Assembly (NCBI RefSeq): GCF_000009965.1
Contig: NC_006624.1
Location: 1,590,001-1,622,000 of the forward strand
From: Thermococcus kodakarensis KOD1
GTDB lineage: Archaea > Methanobacteriota_B > Thermococci > Thermococcales > Thermococcaceae
Length of the DNA: 32,000 nt
Direction of reading: 5' to 3'
Below the pieces are notes generated by a model, which was not told where the DNA came from, made no database searches, and saw only the letters and a program-made list of their open reading frames with translations. Below are positions 30,780 to 32,000 of this stretch, piece after piece; position 1 is the stretch's first letter; every line of letters begins with the position of its first letter. The position numbers and the translations under genes were made by a program.

Positions 30780-31409
30780 TCAGGAGACAAGGAAAACCAA
30801 ATACACGGCAACTGCTACTGCCAGCTGGTTTGAGAAGTTGTCGTCGGGCGGGACGTTGTAGAACTCCACAATAGTGCCGATGACTGCACCAGCTAAAGCG
30901 GGAGCAAAACTCACAAGGGGGATTAAAACCAGCAGAGCCGTAAGGAAGTATGCCAAGCTCCCCTCAAGGCTCTTACCGCTTGAGAATCTGTGTCTCCCAA
31001 GGCTCTTCCCGATTATAGCGGCCAGGGCATCCCCCAGGGTTGCCACAGTTATGGCACCCACCGCCACCTTCATCGGGAAGAAATATACTACTATGAACGA
31101 AGCGGCCGCAAAGTATATGTGGGCCGCAACTCTCTCACGCTCGTGAGGTCTAGTTATGGCCTCGATATGGTTTTCTATAAGCTCAATGCTCCTACCCAGC
31201 TCGGGGGAAGGGTACATATTCAGGAGGCGGTACTTTATCCTATCCCTCCACTCTTCGATTATCCTGAATGGTTCAAGCACGACGAAGAGGACAAAGGCCA
31301 GACCTATGAAGGCGAGCGTTGTGGTCTTGCCACAGCAGAGATAAATGGCAGGCACAGTAAGTCCCGTGAGGTGGAGTGCTTTACGCTTCAACTCGCTTCT
31401 TATACTCAC
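30780..31409 (-). CDS. Dolichol/polyprenol kinase-like CTP-dependent membrane enzyme (COG0170-type)
   Basis: KRKALHLTG near the N-terminus, GDALAAIIGKSLGRHRF and KSLEGSLAYFLTA are the motifs I associate with the dolichol kinase / phytol kinase / CdsA superfamily. It has about 6 TM helices. It starts at a GTG at 31409, which overlaps the upstream gene by 29 nt; the start is uncertain. Confidence 0.7.
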   Translation of the reverse strand: MSIRSELKRKALHLTGLTVPAIYLCCGKTTTLAFIGLAFVLFVVLEPFRIIEEWRDRIKYRLLNMYPSPELGRSIELIENHIEAITRPHERERVAAHIYFAAASFIVVYFFPMKVAVGAITVATLGDALAAIIGKSLGRHRFSSGKSLEGSLAYFLTALLVLIPLVSFAPALAGAVIGTIVEFYNVPPDDNFSNQLAVAVAVYLVFLVS

Positions 31410-31998
31410 GCTTTATCACCTCCAGGGCCTCAAGAAGGTTATTCACAACGTAATCGGCAAACCTGACTTTTCGGGACTTGAAATAGCCCCTGCGAACCAG
31501 TATGGTGGTGGCCCCAATCGCCCTACCTCCACGCATGTCAGTCTCGTCGCGGTCACCAACAACGTAGACCTCGCTGGAAGGGAACTTTTGAAGGGCAAGC
31601 TTGAAGTTGTAATCTTCAAGCTTGCTGTGGCCTGTTTCACCGCTTATGATGACGCCATCAAAGTAATTGGAGACGCCGAGAACTTCAAGCTTTTTCCTTT
31701 GCCACTCCGTCGATGAGTCCGTCACGAGAACTATTTTTGCCCCAAGCTTCTTCAGACCGGAGAGAAACGGCAGGGCATCAGGGAAAAGGCGTAAGTGTTC
31801 GAAAAAGGCGCGCTCAACAAAGGACACAACTTCCCGGATTTCATCGTCAGAGGCATCTGGGTAAACGTCCCTAAAGACGGTTTCAACAAGCTCGTCCAAA
31901 TCCATCAGGTGGACTTCCTCAGAGCTTTCAAAACGACGGTACTTTTTTAGCAAGAAGTACGCTATGGCCCGGAACTTTCTTCTCCTGATCAGGAACAA
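31381..31998 (-). CDS. HAD-superfamily hydrolase-like protein (start uncertain; frame is open to the window edge)
   Basis: HAD motifs II-IV are clear (KIVLVTDSS, ...SKLEDYNF..., VYVVGDRDETDMRGG). Motif I is atypical (HLMDLDELV rather than FDLDGTLV). No stop lies upstream before position 32000. Confidence 0.65.
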   Translation of the reverse strand: MFLIRRRKFRAIAYFLLKKYRRFESSEEVHLMDLDELVETVFRDVYPDASDDEIREVVSFVERAFFEHLRLFPDALPFLSGLKKLGAKIVLVTDSSTEWQRKKLEVLGVSNYFDGVIISGETGHSKLEDYNFKLALQKFPSSEVYVVGDRDETDMRGGRAIGATTILVRRGYFKSRKVRFADYVVNNLLEALEVIKREYKKRVEA

Positions 31999-32000
31999 GA

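Overview
This window looks like a core chromosomal segment of a Thermococcus (Thermococcales, Euryarchaeota). From memory, the gene order and protein sequences resemble the Thermococcus kodakarensis region carrying the serpin, primase p46/p41, glnA and the GH57 4-alpha-glucanotransferase; I cannot verify that here. I call 30 protein-coding genes:
- a serpin, 5'-truncated by the window edge
- two convergent RNA methyltransferases (RlmF/METTL16-like and PUA-RlmI-like)
- a TctA/DUF112-like membrane protein coupled to an exported multi-barrel protein
- a KaiC-like ATPase
- priL-priS-eamA
- a large surface glycoprotein
- a UPF0216 gene plus a small membrane protein gene
- glnA
- a membrane protein-nadE-eamA unit
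- a five-gene Opp/Dpp-type ABC transporter
- pyrC-pyrK and a radical SAM gene
- the GH57 4-alpha-glucanotransferase
- a dolichol-kinase-like gene and a HAD-like gene

One clear RNA gene is present: RNase P RNA, minus strand, 11253..11576. There is no CRISPR array, tRNA, rRNA, transposase or integrase, and no recognisable defence island. I did not find a convincing novel multi-gene system. The most interesting unexplained signals are:
1. a compact 70-nt structured RNA candidate with C/D-box-like kink-turn geometry but self-paired guide regions (3067..3136), next to tandem TTGGTCA-N6-TGACCAA sites
2. the translationally coupled exported OB-like repeat protein and TctA-like membrane protein
3. 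an 18-bp perfect palindromic TATA element and a TTGTCA-N3-TGACAA palindrome in the UPF0216/glnA control region
4. a canonical Thermococcales glycolytic motif on the glucanotransferase promoter
5. a surface protein with a polybasic cytoplasmic tail

All functional calls come from reading the translations and motifs by eye; no searches were run.
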